DNA of 64,000 nucleotides from an uncultured bacterium (GCA_963827235.1 CAWHAE010000012.1:1344001-1408000), one strand, 5' to 3'; numbered from the stretch's first letter, positions 1-10,917 are shown. Translations and numbers: made by a program. Notes: generated by a model not told the origin, from the sequence alone.

Positions 1-1
1 C

Positions 2-547
2 GCGTTCCTACCGCAAACGCTGGCAGTGGCAGTGCTTTCACTGTTCGTCACCCGCCGCCTCGTGGCGCGCCTGGGGGCCAAGCCGACCGTGATCCTCGGC
101 CTGATCCTGGTCGCGGCAGGCAGCCTGCTCTTCTCACGCGCCACGGTAGGCAGCAGCTACGCGGAGGCGGTGCTGCCGGCGGTCCTGCTGGCCGGCAGCG
201 GTGGCGGCCTGGCCTTCATGCCGACCGTCACGCTGGCGATGTCGGCAGCCGGTCCGGCCGAGGCCGGGCTTGCTTCCGGGCTGGCCAACGTTTCCGTCCA
301 GATAGGCGGTGCGCTCGGCGTTGCCGTCCTGGCAAGCCTCTCCACCACGCGGACCGGCGATCTGCTCGCCCGGGGCCACGCAGTCAAGGACGCGCTGACG
401 GGCGGCTACGACCTGGGACTCACGATCGCGGCAGCGGCAGTCTGTGTGGCCATCGTCGTGGCCTCCACCGTGCTCCGCACACTGCCGGCGACGCAGGCAG
501 CGCCGGCGCGGGCGTCGCGGCTGGTGGTCGAGCGGCAGGAGGCGTAG
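2..547 (+). CDS. MFS (DHA2/EmrB-QacA-like) efflux transporter, 5' partial
   Basis: Open frame from position 2; hydrophobic helices and the motif AGLASGLANVSVQIGGALGVAVL typical of DHA2 C-terminal halves. Confidence 0.85.
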   Translation, partial: AFLPQTLAVAVLSLFVTRRLVARLGAKPTVILGLILVAAGSLLFSRATVGSSYAEAVLPAVLLAGSGGGLAFMPTVTLAMSAAGPAEAGLASGLANVSVQIGGALGVAVLASLSTTRTGDLLARGHAVKDALTGGYDLGLTIAAAAVCVAIVVASTVLRTLPATQAAPARASRLVVERQEA

Positions 548-552
548 CTGGA

Positions 553-872
553 TCAGGACACCTGGCCTACCGCCTGCGCCCGGCTCGAGAGCCGGCGAGG
601 CGCCACCGTGCGCTTGATCTCCTCGCCGGACTGTGGCTCGGCCAACCGCAGCTCGTAGAGCTTCTGCAGGTTCAGCCAGAGCTCGGCAGACGTGCCGAGC
701 TCTGGCTGAACCGCAAGGCTGTATCGGCCGTCACGGCCCGCTTGCCGCCCAGTATCTGGCATGTGCGATTGGGCGGCACGTGCAGCGTGCGGGCCAGCTC
801 TGCCGGCGTCATGTCGAGCGCCTCGAGCTCGTCAGAGAGAAACTCGCCGGGGTGGATGGGATCGCGCGGCAT
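553..872 (-). pseudogene. higA: HigA-family antitoxin (HTH), frameshifted near 705
   Basis: MPRDPIHPGEFLSDELEAL...VTADTALR in one frame and GTSAELWLNLQKLYEL in another; SD AAGGAG upstream of ATG 872; no higB adjacent. Confidence 0.8.
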
Positions 873-1036
873 CGCGGTTGTCTCCTTCGGTGGTAGTCCG
901 CGGCAGGGACAAGCATGGCAAGAGAGACGTGTAACGTCAGGCATATTGGCGCCAGCGCGCTCTCACAGGACAGATCGGCTACGCTAGGCAGCAGGGCCGG
1001 CAGGCTGCATCCCTCGTGACATGAGTTGGGAGACAG

Positions 1037-1813
1037 GTGGCACAACAGTACCCGATCCTCGAGTTTGACCCCTCGCCGGAAGCGCTGATCAACCCCCGGC
1101 CCGGCGCTGCGCACTCCTGGCAGACGCCGTGCGCCGTGTTGTGCTTCTTCCAGGATGTGATCACGCGCCTCTCGCAAGAGCGGCGCGCCGTGGTGGTGAG
1201 GCACCTGCAGAGCGAGATCGGCCATCACCCCGTCTACCTGCTGGCTAAAGAGGATCGGCAACTGCTCGTTCTGCACCCCGGCGTCGGGGCACCCCTGGCC
1301 GCCGGCCTGATGGAGGAGATCATCGCCCTGGGCTGCACGAGCATCGCCGCCTGTGGCGGCGCCGGTACTCTAGACGCCAATCTGGCGGCGGGCCACGTCG
1401 TGGTGCCGATCGCCGCGGTACGCGACGAAGGAACATCGTACCACTACCTGCCGCCCAGCCGCGAAGTCGAGGCCGATCCGGCAGGCCTGGCCGCCGCCCA
1501 GACGGTGCTGAAGCGCCGCGGCGTGAGCTACGTGACCGGCAAGACCTGGACGACCGATGCCTTCTTCCGGGAGACACCGGACAGGATCCGCAGGCGGCGT
1601 GACGAGGGTTGCATCGTGGTGGAGATGGAAGCCGCGGCCTTCTTCGCCGTGGCACGCTTCCGCCGCGCTCGCTTCGCGCAATTGCTCTACGCCGGCGACG
1701 ACGTCAGCGGCAGTGAGTGGAACGCGCGCGACTGGACGACCCATGGCGTACGAGAGACCCTTTTTTGGCTGGCAGTCGAGACCTGCCTCGAGCTGGCAGA
1801 CGCCAATCGCTAG
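1037..1813 (+). CDS. Nucleoside phosphorylase (uridine phosphorylase/PNP_UDP_1 family)
   Basis: Motifs GVGAPLAA, RDEGTSYHY, TWTTDAFFRET, VEMEAA. Confidence 0.9.
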   Translation: MAQQYPILEFDPSPEALINPRPGAAHSWQTPCAVLCFFQDVITRLSQERRAVVVRHLQSEIGHHPVYLLAKEDRQLLVLHPGVGAPLAAGLMEEIIALGCTSIAACGGAGTLDANLAAGHVVVPIAAVRDEGTSYHYLPPSREVEADPAGLAAAQTVLKRRGVSYVTGKTWTTDAFFRETPDRIRRRRDEGCIVVEMEAAAFFAVARFRRARFAQLLYAGDDVSGSEWNARDWTTHGVRETLFWLAVETCLELADANR

Positions 1814-1898
1814 ATCGCCGGCCACAACGCCTCTGCTCGACGCATGACCACCCAAGTTGGAGGCGGTCCCGAGACCCAGGGCTCTGCCGGCCCCGTCA

Positions 1899-3128
1899 CT
1901 ACCTGGCGCCGCCGGTCGCCGCTGAGACGTGTGGCCCGGCCAGGAAGAATGCTCGCAGCAGGATCACGCCTACCGTCATGGTCGCCGCGCCCATCAGAAA
2001 AGCGGGTGCGAACCCTACACGCTGCTGGACGACGCCGCTCAGCGCCGGGCCGACGCTGAAGCCCACGCTCCAGGTTACGCTGTAGAGACCGCTCGCCGTG
2101 GCGCGCTGCTCGGCCGGAACCTGCGACATGATGAACGCGTTGTAGACCGGATCTCCCATGCTGCGGAAGCCATTGCGAAGCATCTCGCCGGCCATGGCGC
2201 CGATCTGGATCGGGGCAAGAGCGAGCAGCAGTATGGACGGCACGCCGGCGGCCTGCAACAGCACGGCGGCTCGCGTCGTACCCAGGCGGTCCGCGAATCG
2301 CGGTGCAAGGAGCACCAGCGTGCCTGCTACAAGTCCGCTGGCGGTCAGGAAACCGCCGAGCGCGTCCGGGCGCATGCCAAAGCGCAGGGTGAGGTACAGT
2401 CCCACGAAGCCGGCAACGGCACCTCCGCCACAGGTCAGCAGCACGTCCGGTACCAGGAGTCGAGCGTACAGCCTCAAGTCATACGGCACGCGCAGGGAGG
2501 GTGCCACGGCATGCTGTTTGGTCCGCCCAAGCCAGGGAAGAGGCACCGCCCCGGCAAATGCCACCACGACTACCGCGATCATACCCCAGCGCAGAGGCAC
2601 CACCGCGCGCGCAGACTCGTGCAGCACACTCGCCGCGAGCGACACCACCTGGCCGCCGATCAGGTACCCAAGCGATCCCGCGCCCCACAGGAGGAACGAG
2701 TTGACGGAGAACAGCCTGACGCGGTTGTCCTCGGAGGTGCTTCCGGTAAGGAAAGGCACATTACTTACCCAATAGAGCGTGGAAATGGCGCCGTTCGCCA
2801 GCCCGCAAATGATAAGCAAGGTGCCTGACGTTGTGAGAGCCATGCCCAGCATGGTGAGCGGGTTCAGGATACTCGTCAGCAGCAGCATGGTGCGCGCACC
2901 GATCCGGTCCGCCAGGAGCCCCACCGGCACCGCGCAGATCAGGCTGGTGATGGCGGGCATGGCGTTGACGATGCCGATGAACTGCTTGTCGAAGCCAATC
3001 GCGTACAGGTAGAGATTGAAGACGAGGCCAAACATGGCAAGCGTCAGTCCCTTGGTGAGCGTGTACCAGAGGACGATATTGGCATCGCGGGGAAACCGAT
3101 AGGCTGCAGGCAGGCGAAGGCGCACCAT
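1899..3128 (-). CDS. MFS transporter
   Basis: ~12 TM segments; motif A GLLADRIGAR; start inferred at MVRLRL (3128). Confidence 0.85.
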   Translation of the reverse strand: MVRLRLPAAYRFPRDANIVLWYTLTKGLTLAMFGLVFNLYLYAIGFDKQFIGIVNAMPAITSLICAVPVGLLADRIGARTMLLLTSILNPLTMLGMALTTSGTLLIICGLANGAISTLYWVSNVPFLTGSTSEDNRVRLFSVNSFLLWGAGSLGYLIGGQVVSLAASVLHESARAVVPLRWGMIAVVVVAFAGAVPLPWLGRTKQHAVAPSLRVPYDLRLYARLLVPDVLLTCGGGAVAGFVGLYLTLRFGMRPDALGGFLTASGLVAGTLVLLAPRFADRLGTTRAAVLLQAAGVPSILLLALAPIQIGAMAGEMLRNGFRSMGDPVYNAFIMSQVPAEQRATASGLYSVTWSVGFSVGPALSGVVQQRVGFAPAFLMGAATMTVGVILLRAFFLAGPHVSAATGGAR

Positions 3129-3257
3129 TGCACTCACGTTCCATCCTTGCACCTTCTGAACGCGGCGCGGACAAAATGGCGCTCGAAGGCATCCAAGGGG
3201 CCAGAATCCTTCTTGAGCATAGCGCACGAGACCCTCCACGCCAGGGTGCCGGGCGAA

Positions 3258-4217
3258 ATGAGAGTAACGGGCGCGCTCCCGCGCACGATTGACCTTGGCC
3301 CGGGAGACATTCAGGAAGTCAGGCTGGCGAGCCGGCTCGGCAGGCTCTATGTCGACGTGACCGCCGCAGGAACAGCGGGTCCGGGCAGCTTGCGCATCCT
3401 GGACACGCACACGGGTGCGACAGTGCGTGCCTTGCCCTTACAGCAGGGCGACCGCGGGTTCGTCGTCCATCAAGCCGCTTCCACCTGGTCGTGCTCCAGT
3501 CGACAGGATTGGTGCGCCTGTACGATATTCAACTCTGGAAGATGAGAGCCAGCCTGCGTATGGAGACACCGTGGTGGGGCGTGGCGGACGGATGCCGCGG
3601 TCAAGTTGCGATCGTCACACGGAAGCAGCAGACGGTCCTGACCTTCGTGGACCTCGCGGCCGGAGCCGTGATCCGCAACTTGCGCTTCACAGGTGCCTCC
3701 CAGATCGTGAATCTGGTGCTCGACGACCAGACGGACCATCTCTTTGTCATCCGCATTGGCGCTACGCCAAAGCAGAATCGGTGTCGGCGCGCGGCCTGAC
3801 GATCGCCGGCGGTGAGGATGGTGTGGTCGCGACAGTCGACCGTTCCACGGGCACGGTATTGCGCACGCAGCCTGTCGGTCTCGTGGCGCTGCAGGCGAGC
3901 GTCGATCCGGACACGCATCGGCTCCTCGTGTTGAGCTGCGAGCGCATCGGCACACGGACGGGCCGGGCCGGGTGACCATCAGCTCCTCCCGGGTGAGCAT
4001 GCTCGACACGCGGAGTGGGGCCGTGGTCCGTACAACCAGGATCCCGTTCGCGCCGGATCCCGAATTCCACGACCTTATCGTCTATGTGCAGGCCGGTCGC
4101 ACCTACCTCACCTCGTTTCCGCCGGACGGGCAGCAGAGCATAAACACGGGGCTGCTGCTCGACACGCATACCGGCTCAGTAGTGGGGACGGTGAGTCTGC
4201 CGGAGCCGAGCGCTTGA
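3258..4217 (+). pseudogene. YncE-like beta-propeller protein split across four frames
   Basis: Repeated blade-like motifs LDTHTGATVR, VDLAAGAVIR, VDRSTGTVLR, LDTRSGAVVR, LDTHTGSVV in ORFs 3147-3545, 3491-3799, the 3' part of 3415-3975 and 3972-4217. Confidence 0.65.
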
Positions 4218-4266
4218 GCCCTCGACGTGGGGTCGATTCAAGACCGGCGCCGCGCCCAGGGCACGC

Positions 4267-5460
4267 TCACGTGGCCGGTTGCGGCACCGCGACCGCATCA
4301 TGGCGGGCCGCCCAGCGCAGGACGGCTACGAGGAGCAGGCAGCCGAGCATCACGGGCACGGCGCTCAGCCGCAGGGCGCCCGCGATGCCCGCCTGCTGTG
4401 CCGTCGCCCCTACGAGAAGCCCGGCCACCAGTTGCGAAGCTGAGAAGCCTGAGCCATAGAGGCTGGTGGCGAATCCTTCACGGCCGGGCGCCAGGCGTTG
4501 CGCCTGCACGAAGGCAAGGCTTTCGAAGCCGGCCACGGCCGTGGCCTGGATAATCTGCAGTGCCAGCAGCGCCGGAGTGCTGGTGGCCACGCTGACTGCC
4601 AGCAAGTAGGGGACCGGCAGGGCAAAGGTGGCGACCAGCACCGGCCCGAGGCCGATGGCGTCGGCCAGCCAACCTGACAGCGGCATGGACGCCAGCTCGA
4701 GCACTGCCTGTACGCCGAATATGAGCCCAATCGTCGACGGTGGCAGATGCACCTGCTGGGTCAAGCGGAGCGGCAGGAACTGCGATTTGGCCTGATCCGA
4801 AAGCATAACCAGCATGCCCGAGAGGCAGAGCAGCAACAGAGGTGCCATGGATACTAGACTGGCCGGCGTCCGTTCGCGCCGCGCGGCCGGCGCCGAGCTC
4901 GCGGGGACCAGCCACCAGGCAAGGCCGGCCAGGGCCAGCAGCAACAGGCCGGTCACCGTGATCAGATCTACGTAGCCGACCGCTCCCGCCACGACGCCGC
5001 CAAGCGGTGCTCCCGTGGCGAAGCCGAGTGAGAAACCCATGCGCACGAACGACATGGGGCCGCTGCCCGACCGCTTCTGCGTGGTGCCGGTGCCGAGCGT
5101 GGCCAGGTTCACCGCGTCGACGAGCAGCAGCGGCATGGCAATGCCGCCGGCCGAAGCACCCAGCATGCCCACCAGGGCAACGGCCACCGTGCGGCTTCGA
5201 CTCAGCCAGAGCGTGCTGACGCCGCCCACGACCATGCTGCACACGATCGCGCTCTTGCGGCTGCCGGATCGATCGGTGAGCAGACCGACCAGCGGTCCGC
5301 CCACCATGGTGCCGACCGCGCTGCAGGCATACATCACGCCGATGCTCAGCGATGAAGCTCCAAGCTGCTGGGCGGCCCAGGGGCCGAGGTAGGGAGACAT
5401 GGCGCCGATTGCCAGCCCGAGACCAAAAAGTAGTCCCCAGTAAGCGGCAAAGGTCTTCAC
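4267..5460 (-). CDS. MFS transporter (sugar-efflux/SET-like)
   Basis: 12 TM; GLLTDRSGSRK and GWLADAIG motif-A variants. Confidence 0.85.
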   Translation of the reverse strand: MKTFAAYWGLLFGLGLAIGAMSPYLGPWAAQQLGASSLSIGVMYACSAVGTMVGGPLVGLLTDRSGSRKSAIVCSMVVGGVSTLWLSRSRTVAVALVGMLGASAGGIAMPLLLVDAVNLATLGTGTTQKRSGSGPMSFVRMGFSLGFATGAPLGGVVAGAVGYVDLITVTGLLLLALAGLAWWLVPASSAPAARRERTPASLVSMAPLLLLCLSGMLVMLSDQAKSQFLPLRLTQQVHLPPSTIGLIFGVQAVLELASMPLSGWLADAIGLGPVLVATFALPVPYLLAVSVATSTPALLALQIIQATAVAGFESLAFVQAQRLAPGREGFATSLYGSGFSASQLVAGLLVGATAQQAGIAGALRLSAVPVMLGCLLLVAVLRWAARHDAVAVPQPAT

Positions 5461-5621
5461 GGCATGCCAGCCCGGAAATCGCCGGTACGGGCCGGCAACC
5501 CGGTTCTAGAGATCTGCCTGGTGGTCACGCCACGATGGTATCACTCCGTCATGACCGCTCGCGGTCCTCCTACCAAACCGGCCGGCAGGGGAATATTGAC
5601 GGGTATTCCGAGAGTGATAGG

Positions 5622-6692
5622 TTAGCCCCGCTTGGCAGCGGCGCCCTGGTATTCATAGGCTCCCGCGTCGCACGTGGCCATGGCGTTACCCGGGCGGGGC
5701 TTGCCCCGCTGGTCGGCGGTCTGCAGGCAGGTAGCAGAGTGGATGGCGGCGCTTCCGGGCAGCAGGGCGATGGTCTCAGTGGGTCCGCCATTGTCGGCCA
5801 GTATACCCAGGTTGAGCGCGGTTGAAGACACCACGCTGGTCGCGCTGAAGCCGCACGTGGCGTCGTCGGCAAGATTGCCGCCGCCATCGACGAGAGGCTG
5901 CAAGGCAGCGCAGTCGCCGCCGACGGAGTCGGCCACGATGGTGTTGGCCACGACATTCCGCGCCGAGCTGTCATTGGCGATGCCGCCGCCGCGCCCCCCT
6001 CTGCCAGCGCTGTTGCCGCTAAAGGTGCTGCTGGTGATCGTCATGCTGCCGGCGCTGTTCGAGATGCCGCCGCCGTTACCGGCTTTGTACGTCGCGTGTC
6101 CGACGGTGCTGTTGCCGCTGAAGGTGCTGTTCGTAACGGTCAGCGTACCGCCGTTCAGGATGCCGCCGCCGGTTCCGGCCTTGTTGCCGCTAAACGTGCT
6201 GCCGCTGACGGTCAGGCTGCCGTTGTTGTCGATGCCGCCGCCGAAGGCGGCAAAGCTGCCGCTGAACGTGCTGTCGATCACGGCGAGCGTGCCGTAGTTC
6301 AGGACGCCGCCCCCAGCCGCGGTACCGCGCGCGTAGCCGTTGGCGATAGTGATATGGTTCAGCGTGGCGGTTACGCCGGTATTCACCACGAACACGCCCA
6401 CCAGGTGCCCGCCGCTGATCGTCACGGCCTGCCCGCTGCCGTCGATCGTAAGGTCTTTGCTGAGCACAATGGCACCGCCGCGCGTACTGGTCAGCGTGAT
6501 GGTGCCGCTGCAGGCAAAGGTCACCGTGTCATGCGCCGCCGCGCTGCTGATCACGGATCGCAGGTTGGACTCGGACGTACAGTCGGTCACCGTGTCCGTG
6601 GCCGCACGCACCGCCACCGGCCGTGCGGCTGCCAGCCCAGCCAACAGGACCGTCAAGGCCAGCGCCCGCCACCTACACACGGGGCGCCGCAT
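5622..6692 (-). CDS. Secreted beta-helix protein with polymorphic-membrane-protein repeats and choice-of-anchor-Q-like C-terminus
   Basis: Signal peptide; repeated GGGI(xN)...STFSGN; C-terminal LADNGGPTET.ALLPGS.AI...DQRG..R...CDAGAYE. Confidence 0.85.
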   Translation of the reverse strand: MRRPVCRWRALALTVLLAGLAAARPVAVRAATDTVTDCTSESNLRSVISSAAAHDTVTFACSGTITLTSTRGGAIVLSKDLTIDGSGQAVTISGGHLVGVFVVNTGVTATLNHITIANGYARGTAAGGGVLNYGTLAVIDSTFSGSFAAFGGGIDNNGSLTVSGSTFSGNKAGTGGGILNGGTLTVTNSTFSGNSTVGHATYKAGNGGGISNSAGSMTITSSTFSGNSAGRGGRGGGIANDSSARNVVANTIVADSVGGDCAALQPLVDGGGNLADDATCGFSATSVVSSTALNLGILADNGGPTETIALLPGSAAIHSATCLQTADQRGKPRPGNAMATCDAGAYEYQGAAAKRG

Positions 6693-7031
6693 CTCTTCGG
6701 ATGCTCTCATGGACGAGAAACGAAAAAAACCGGCACACGACACTCTCCGGTCGTGGCCGGTTTCACCAGTTGCTCGCTGCAGCCTAGGGTGACCAGGAGG
6801 GGGAAGGTGTCAGAAGAAGGGGAGCAGCGCCGCCACTCTCGCTTCCTCAGGCGCCGTCCTCTCTACGGCTGCAGGTCATCGCATCCACGGACCCTGTAAG
6901 GGATACTCTCAAGCTCAAGTATATCCTAAAAGAATGTTGCGTTCCAGCGATCGTCGTGGATTCGTGGCATCCTGGTCTTCTGCTCCCATTCCACCGCCGT
7001 CTCGTGCGGCCCTCGAATCGCGCGTCCGGCC

Positions 7032-7089
7032 AGGCACCGGCGCATCCTGCCGACCGTGCGCGCACAGTCGGCAGGATGCGCCGGTGCCT
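7032..7089. repeat. 58-bp near-perfect palindrome downstream of the epimerase gene (terminator/REP-like)
   Basis: aggcaccggcgcatcctgccgac-c-gtgcgcgcac-a-gtcggcaggatgcgccggtgcct; one mismatch. Confidence 0.9.
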
Positions 7090-7113
7090 ACGCGGTGCGT
7101 GGGCCGGACGAGC

Positions 7114-7947
7114 TCAGACCTGCGTGCGCCATGTCCAGGCAGGCGCATATCCGAGCATGCGGCGGGCTTTCTCGATCGAGAGCAGCGTTACCGTACCGTG
7201 CCCTTCCGCGCGTAGCGGCACGCCGGGAAACACCTTGGCCATCAGCTCCTGATTCGACTGCCGCATGACCGTATCGGCAGCCGCGATGATAAAAGCCTCG
7301 GCTCCCTGGGCATCGACCTCCAGCCCAAGGCGGCAGCTCTGAGCGACGTCGCGGGCGTCGACATACCCCCAGAGATTCCACTTGCGCAGGAAGGGATCCT
7401 GCTGGAAGCTGGGAAACGCCGCGTAGTCCGCCGGCTCCATCACGTTGGAAAAGCGCAGTCCGACGAAGGGTATGCCGCTCCAGCGGCATACGTGGCGCGC
7501 CATCTCCTCCGACAGCACCTTTGAGAGCGCATAGGTCGACTCTGGATTCAGCGGATGGTCCTCGTCGATTGGGGCGTAGACCGGCTTCACGCGGTCGAAC
7601 GGCAGACCGAGCGTTGTTTCGCTCGACGCCCATACGACGCGCTGCAGCCCGAGCAGCCCCGCAGCCTGGAAGATATTGAAGGTGCTGGTGATATTGATCC
7701 TGAAGGTAACCTCATCCGTCTGCAGGCCCGGCGCCGGGATGGCAGCCAGATGTACCACCGCCTCGGCGCCGCGAAGTGCTTCCACGGCCTGCCCGAAGTC
7801 CGTGATATCCGCGCGCAGGAATTGCCCGACCGGTACGGCCGGACGCTGCAGATCGACGTTGAGCACGTCATAGCCGTGATCCGTCAGCTCGCGCACGACC
7901 GCGCGGCCAGCTTTTCCGCTACCTCCGGTGACAACCAGCTTTTTCAT
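7114..7947 (-). CDS. NAD-dependent epimerase/dehydratase (extended SDR)
   Basis: TGGSGKAG Rossmann motif, VVHLAA, YALSK catalytic YxxxK. Confidence 0.9.
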   Translation of the reverse strand: MKKLVVTGGSGKAGRAVVRELTDHGYDVLNVDLQRPAVPVGQFLRADITDFGQAVEALRGAEAVVHLAAIPAPGLQTDEVTFRINITSTFNIFQAAGLLGLQRVVWASSETTLGLPFDRVKPVYAPIDEDHPLNPESTYALSKVLSEEMARHVCRWSGIPFVGLRFSNVMEPADYAAFPSFQQDPFLRKWNLWGYVDARDVAQSCRLGLEVDAQGAEAFIIAAADTVMRQSNQELMAKVFPGVPLRAEGHGTVTLLSIEKARRMLGYAPAWTWRTQV

Positions 7948-8024
7948 GCAACACCTCCCCTCCGCGCAGGCCGGTGCCGGCGCGGCATCACTCCGTTGGT
8001 GTGTTTCTGTCTTCTCTGTATGGT

Positions 8025-9182
8025 CTAGGAATGAGCCACGATGGTGCGCGCCAGCGCCGGGCTAACGTCGCCCCGCTCGCCGAACGCCGTCATGCCGTGC
8101 GCCTGCAGCTGCGCCTCGACGGTCTCCGCGGCCGCGGACGCATCGACCCCGTAATCGGCTAGCCTGGTCTTCACTCCCAGGTTCTCGAAGAACTCGCGTG
8201 TGCGCGCGATGGCGGCATCGATGCGCTCATCTTCGCCGCCGCTCGTGATGTGCCAGACGCGTTCCGCGTACTGCAGCAGCTTGGCGCGCTTGGCCTCGCG
8301 GCGCACGGTCGATCCCGGGGGCAGCAGGACGGCGAGCGTGCGTCCGTGGTCGAGACCGTAGAGCGCCGTCAACTCGTGCCCGATAGCATGCGTCGCCCAG
8401 TCCTGCGGCACGCCGGCGCCGATCAGTCCGTTGAGGGCCAGGGTGGCAGCCCACATCAGGTTCGCCCGCTCACTGTAGTCTTGCGGGGCTGCCAGGGCCT
8501 TGGGACCGATCTCGATCAGAGCCTGGAGGAGACCTTCGGCCAGGCGATCCTGCACCACCGCGTTGACGGGATAGGTCAGGTACTGCTCGACGACGTGCAC
8601 GAAGGCATCGACCACGCCGTTGGCGACCTGCCGCGGCGGCAGCGTGAACGTCTTCTCCGGATCGAGCACGGAGAATAGCGGGTACACGTGCGGGCTGGCG
8701 AAACCCAGCTTGGCGGTGAACTCCTTCCGGCTGATCACCGCGTTAGTGTTCATCTCCGAGCCGGTAGCGGGCAACGTCAGCACCGTGCCGATGGGAAGCG
8801 CCTTCCGCACGTTGGCTCCTCCCTGAAGCAGGATATCCCAGGGCTCCCCGTCGAAGACGGCGGCGGCGGCGACGAACTTCGTCCCGTCGAGCACGGATCC
8901 GCCGCCCACAGCCAGAAGAAAATCGATCCCGTCGCGGCGCACGATCGTCACGGCGCGCATCAGGGTCTCGTACGTGGGGTTCGGCTCGATGCCTTCAAAC
9001 TCCTGCACGTGCCGGGCCCCCAGCGCCGTCCGCACCTCGTCGAGCGTTCCGTTCTGCTTGATGCTGCCTCCGCCGTACAGCACGAGCACGTGCGCGTCCG
9101 CGGGAACGTGCTTCGCTATCTCGGCGATCTTCCCTTTGCCGAATATGATCCTGGTCGGATTGCAGAATTCGAACTCCATCAT
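8025..9182 (-). CDS. yqhD: Iron-containing NADPH-dependent alcohol/aldehyde reductase, YqhD-like
   Basis: NPTRIIFGKG, YGGGSIK, AVGGGSVLDGTK, TLPATGSE, DWATHAIGHELTA...HG. Confidence 0.85.
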   Translation of the reverse strand: MMEFEFCNPTRIIFGKGKIAEIAKHVPADAHVLVLYGGGSIKQNGTLDEVRTALGARHVQEFEGIEPNPTYETLMRAVTIVRRDGIDFLLAVGGGSVLDGTKFVAAAAVFDGEPWDILLQGGANVRKALPIGTVLTLPATGSEMNTNAVISRKEFTAKLGFASPHVYPLFSVLDPEKTFTLPPRQVANGVVDAFVHVVEQYLTYPVNAVVQDRLAEGLLQALIEIGPKALAAPQDYSERANLMWAATLALNGLIGAGVPQDWATHAIGHELTALYGLDHGRTLAVLLPPGSTVRREAKRAKLLQYAERVWHITSGGEDERIDAAIARTREFFENLGVKTRLADYGVDASAAAETVEAQLQAHGMTAFGERGDVSPALARTIVAHS

Positions 9183-9309
9183 CTCGCACGCCAGTCCTTC
9201 GAGAGCTTTTCCGTCAATTCACCGTCTCTCAATGTACCGTGCGGGGGCGAGAGCGTCCGCAGACGCCTGGTCCGGCGATCATCGGCCGGGCGGCCCGGTG
9301 CACCCGGTA

Positions 9310-10776
9310 TCACGCGGGTCCGGCCGGTGTGATGCGGAACGCTATGGCGTGAGAGAAAGCATGGCCTTCCGGGACGCCGACGACCAGCTTGTCCGCTTGC
9401 CTGGTCCAGGGAACCGGCTCGGCAGGGGGACCGTTGTATGCCTCGAGGCCGTTCAGTACCTCGACGCTGCCGATCGTCTTGTTGAACAGGCCGCTATCCG
9501 TGCCCAGCGACTCGATCTCGACCCGGCCCGTGCTGGGAATCGCCAGAGCCACCGCATAGAGCACTTCACCGCGCGTGGTGAACCGAATGTCCCGGCGCGT
9601 GAACGGGGGGCGCTTCGTGTCGTTGAAGCTGCCTCCGACTACTTTGGTGGGACCCTCGCCGTACACTCGCCAGGGGCGTGTGCCGTAGATCGCCTCACCA
9701 TTGATCTTCAGCCAGGCGCCCATCTCCCGCAGAATGTCCTGCTCGGGCTCGGGAATTGTGCCGTCGGGACGGGGGCCGACGTTGAGCAACAGGGCTCCGT
9801 TCTTGCTTACGATGTCCACCAGGTCGCCGATCAGATCGCCCGCGCTCCGGTAGTCGTGGTTCTGGATGTAGCCCCACGAGTTCTTCGAAACGGCGGTATC
9901 GGTCTGCCAGAACCGGGCCCGCTGATCGTCGAGCTGCCCGCGCTCGACGTCGAACACGGCGCTGCCTTCGCGGAAGGCGTTGAACTTGTAGTTGATCGCG
10001 ACGCCCCGCTGCCACCCGGCCGCGCGATTATAGTAATAGGCGGCAAAGCGCTGCAGATAGCTCGCGAAGGCGGGCTCCTCGATCCACCAGTCAAACCAGA
10101 CGAGCTGTGGCTGGTACTTATCGATCAGCTCGCACGTGCGGGCGAGCCAGTCGTCGAGGAACTCCTCGTTGGGCTGCAGCTCCTTCGGCTGCGCCGGCGC
10201 GTACAGCCCGGCAAAGCGCGGATCCTGCACATCGGACTCGTAGGCCATGCCGCCGTTGAAGAACCACCAGTGCTCCGCCCGGTGGCTGGAAAGACCGAAA
10301 ACGAGGAATTGCCGGCGAACGGCGGCGGCAAGCTCGCCGATCAGGTCGCGCTTCGGACCCATCTTCGCCGCCGTCCAGTCGGAAAAGCCGCAGTCATACA
10401 TGGCAAAGCCGTCGTGGTGTTCCGCCACCGGCACGACGAACTGGGCACCGGCCTGCCGGAACAGAGCAGCCCAGGCGTCCGGGTCGAAGCGCTCGGCTGT
10501 GAACAGAGGGATGAAATCCTTATGCCCGAAGCCCTTTTGCGGACCATAGGTCGCCAGATGATGCTCGAACTCGGGCGTGCCCTGGAGGTACATGTTCCTG
10601 GGATACCACTCGTTGCCGAAGGCCGGCACGGCGTAGAGACCCCAATGGACGAAGATGCCGAACTTCGCGTCCTCGTACCAACGAGGCACCCGATAGCCTT
10701 GCAGCGATTCCCACGTCGGCGAAAAGGGGCCGGAGGCGACCACCTCGTCGATGCCCCGCACATTCTCGTTATGCAT
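9310..10776 (-). CDS. Alpha-L-fucosidase, GH29
   Basis: WYEDAKFGIFVHWG, AEHHDGFAMY, LVWFDW nucleophile motif, DIVSKNGALLLNVGP, NGEAIYGTRPW. Confidence 0.92.
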   Translation of the reverse strand: MHNENVRGIDEVVASGPFSPTWESLQGYRVPRWYEDAKFGIFVHWGLYAVPAFGNEWYPRNMYLQGTPEFEHHLATYGPQKGFGHKDFIPLFTAERFDPDAWAALFRQAGAQFVVPVAEHHDGFAMYDCGFSDWTAAKMGPKRDLIGELAAAVRRQFLVFGLSSHRAEHWWFFNGGMAYESDVQDPRFAGLYAPAQPKELQPNEEFLDDWLARTCELIDKYQPQLVWFDWWIEEPAFASYLQRFAAYYYNRAAGWQRGVAINYKFNAFREGSAVFDVERGQLDDQRARFWQTDTAVSKNSWGYIQNHDYRSAGDLIGDLVDIVSKNGALLLNVGPRPDGTIPEPEQDILREMGAWLKINGEAIYGTRPWRVYGEGPTKVVGGSFNDTKRPPFTRRDIRFTTRGEVLYAVALAIPSTGRVEIESLGTDSGLFNKTIGSVEVLNGLEAYNGPPAEPVPWTRQADKLVVGVPEGHAFSHAIAFRITPAGPA

Positions 10777-10917
10777 CAATCCTTCACCTCTTGCGTGCCA
10801 ATGTCGTCGTGCCAAGACAAAGCTCGCTCGCTTTGAGCCCGGTGGTGCCGAAAGACCGACACTCCACGGCGCCCTCGCTCATCGCCGGTCACATCCGGGC
10901 CGGTGTGCCGGCGCGAC

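Noticed and set aside
5880-6320. Repeated gatgccgccgcc / gttgccgct units
   Set aside because: Encode the GGGI and FSGN beta-helix repeats
8974-10836. Long plus-strand ORF (620 aa) and similar long ORFs at 11660-13024, 39349-40629, 57867-60092 and 60484-63234
   Set aside because: Antisense shadows of well-supported genes in high-GC DNA; no recognisable motifs
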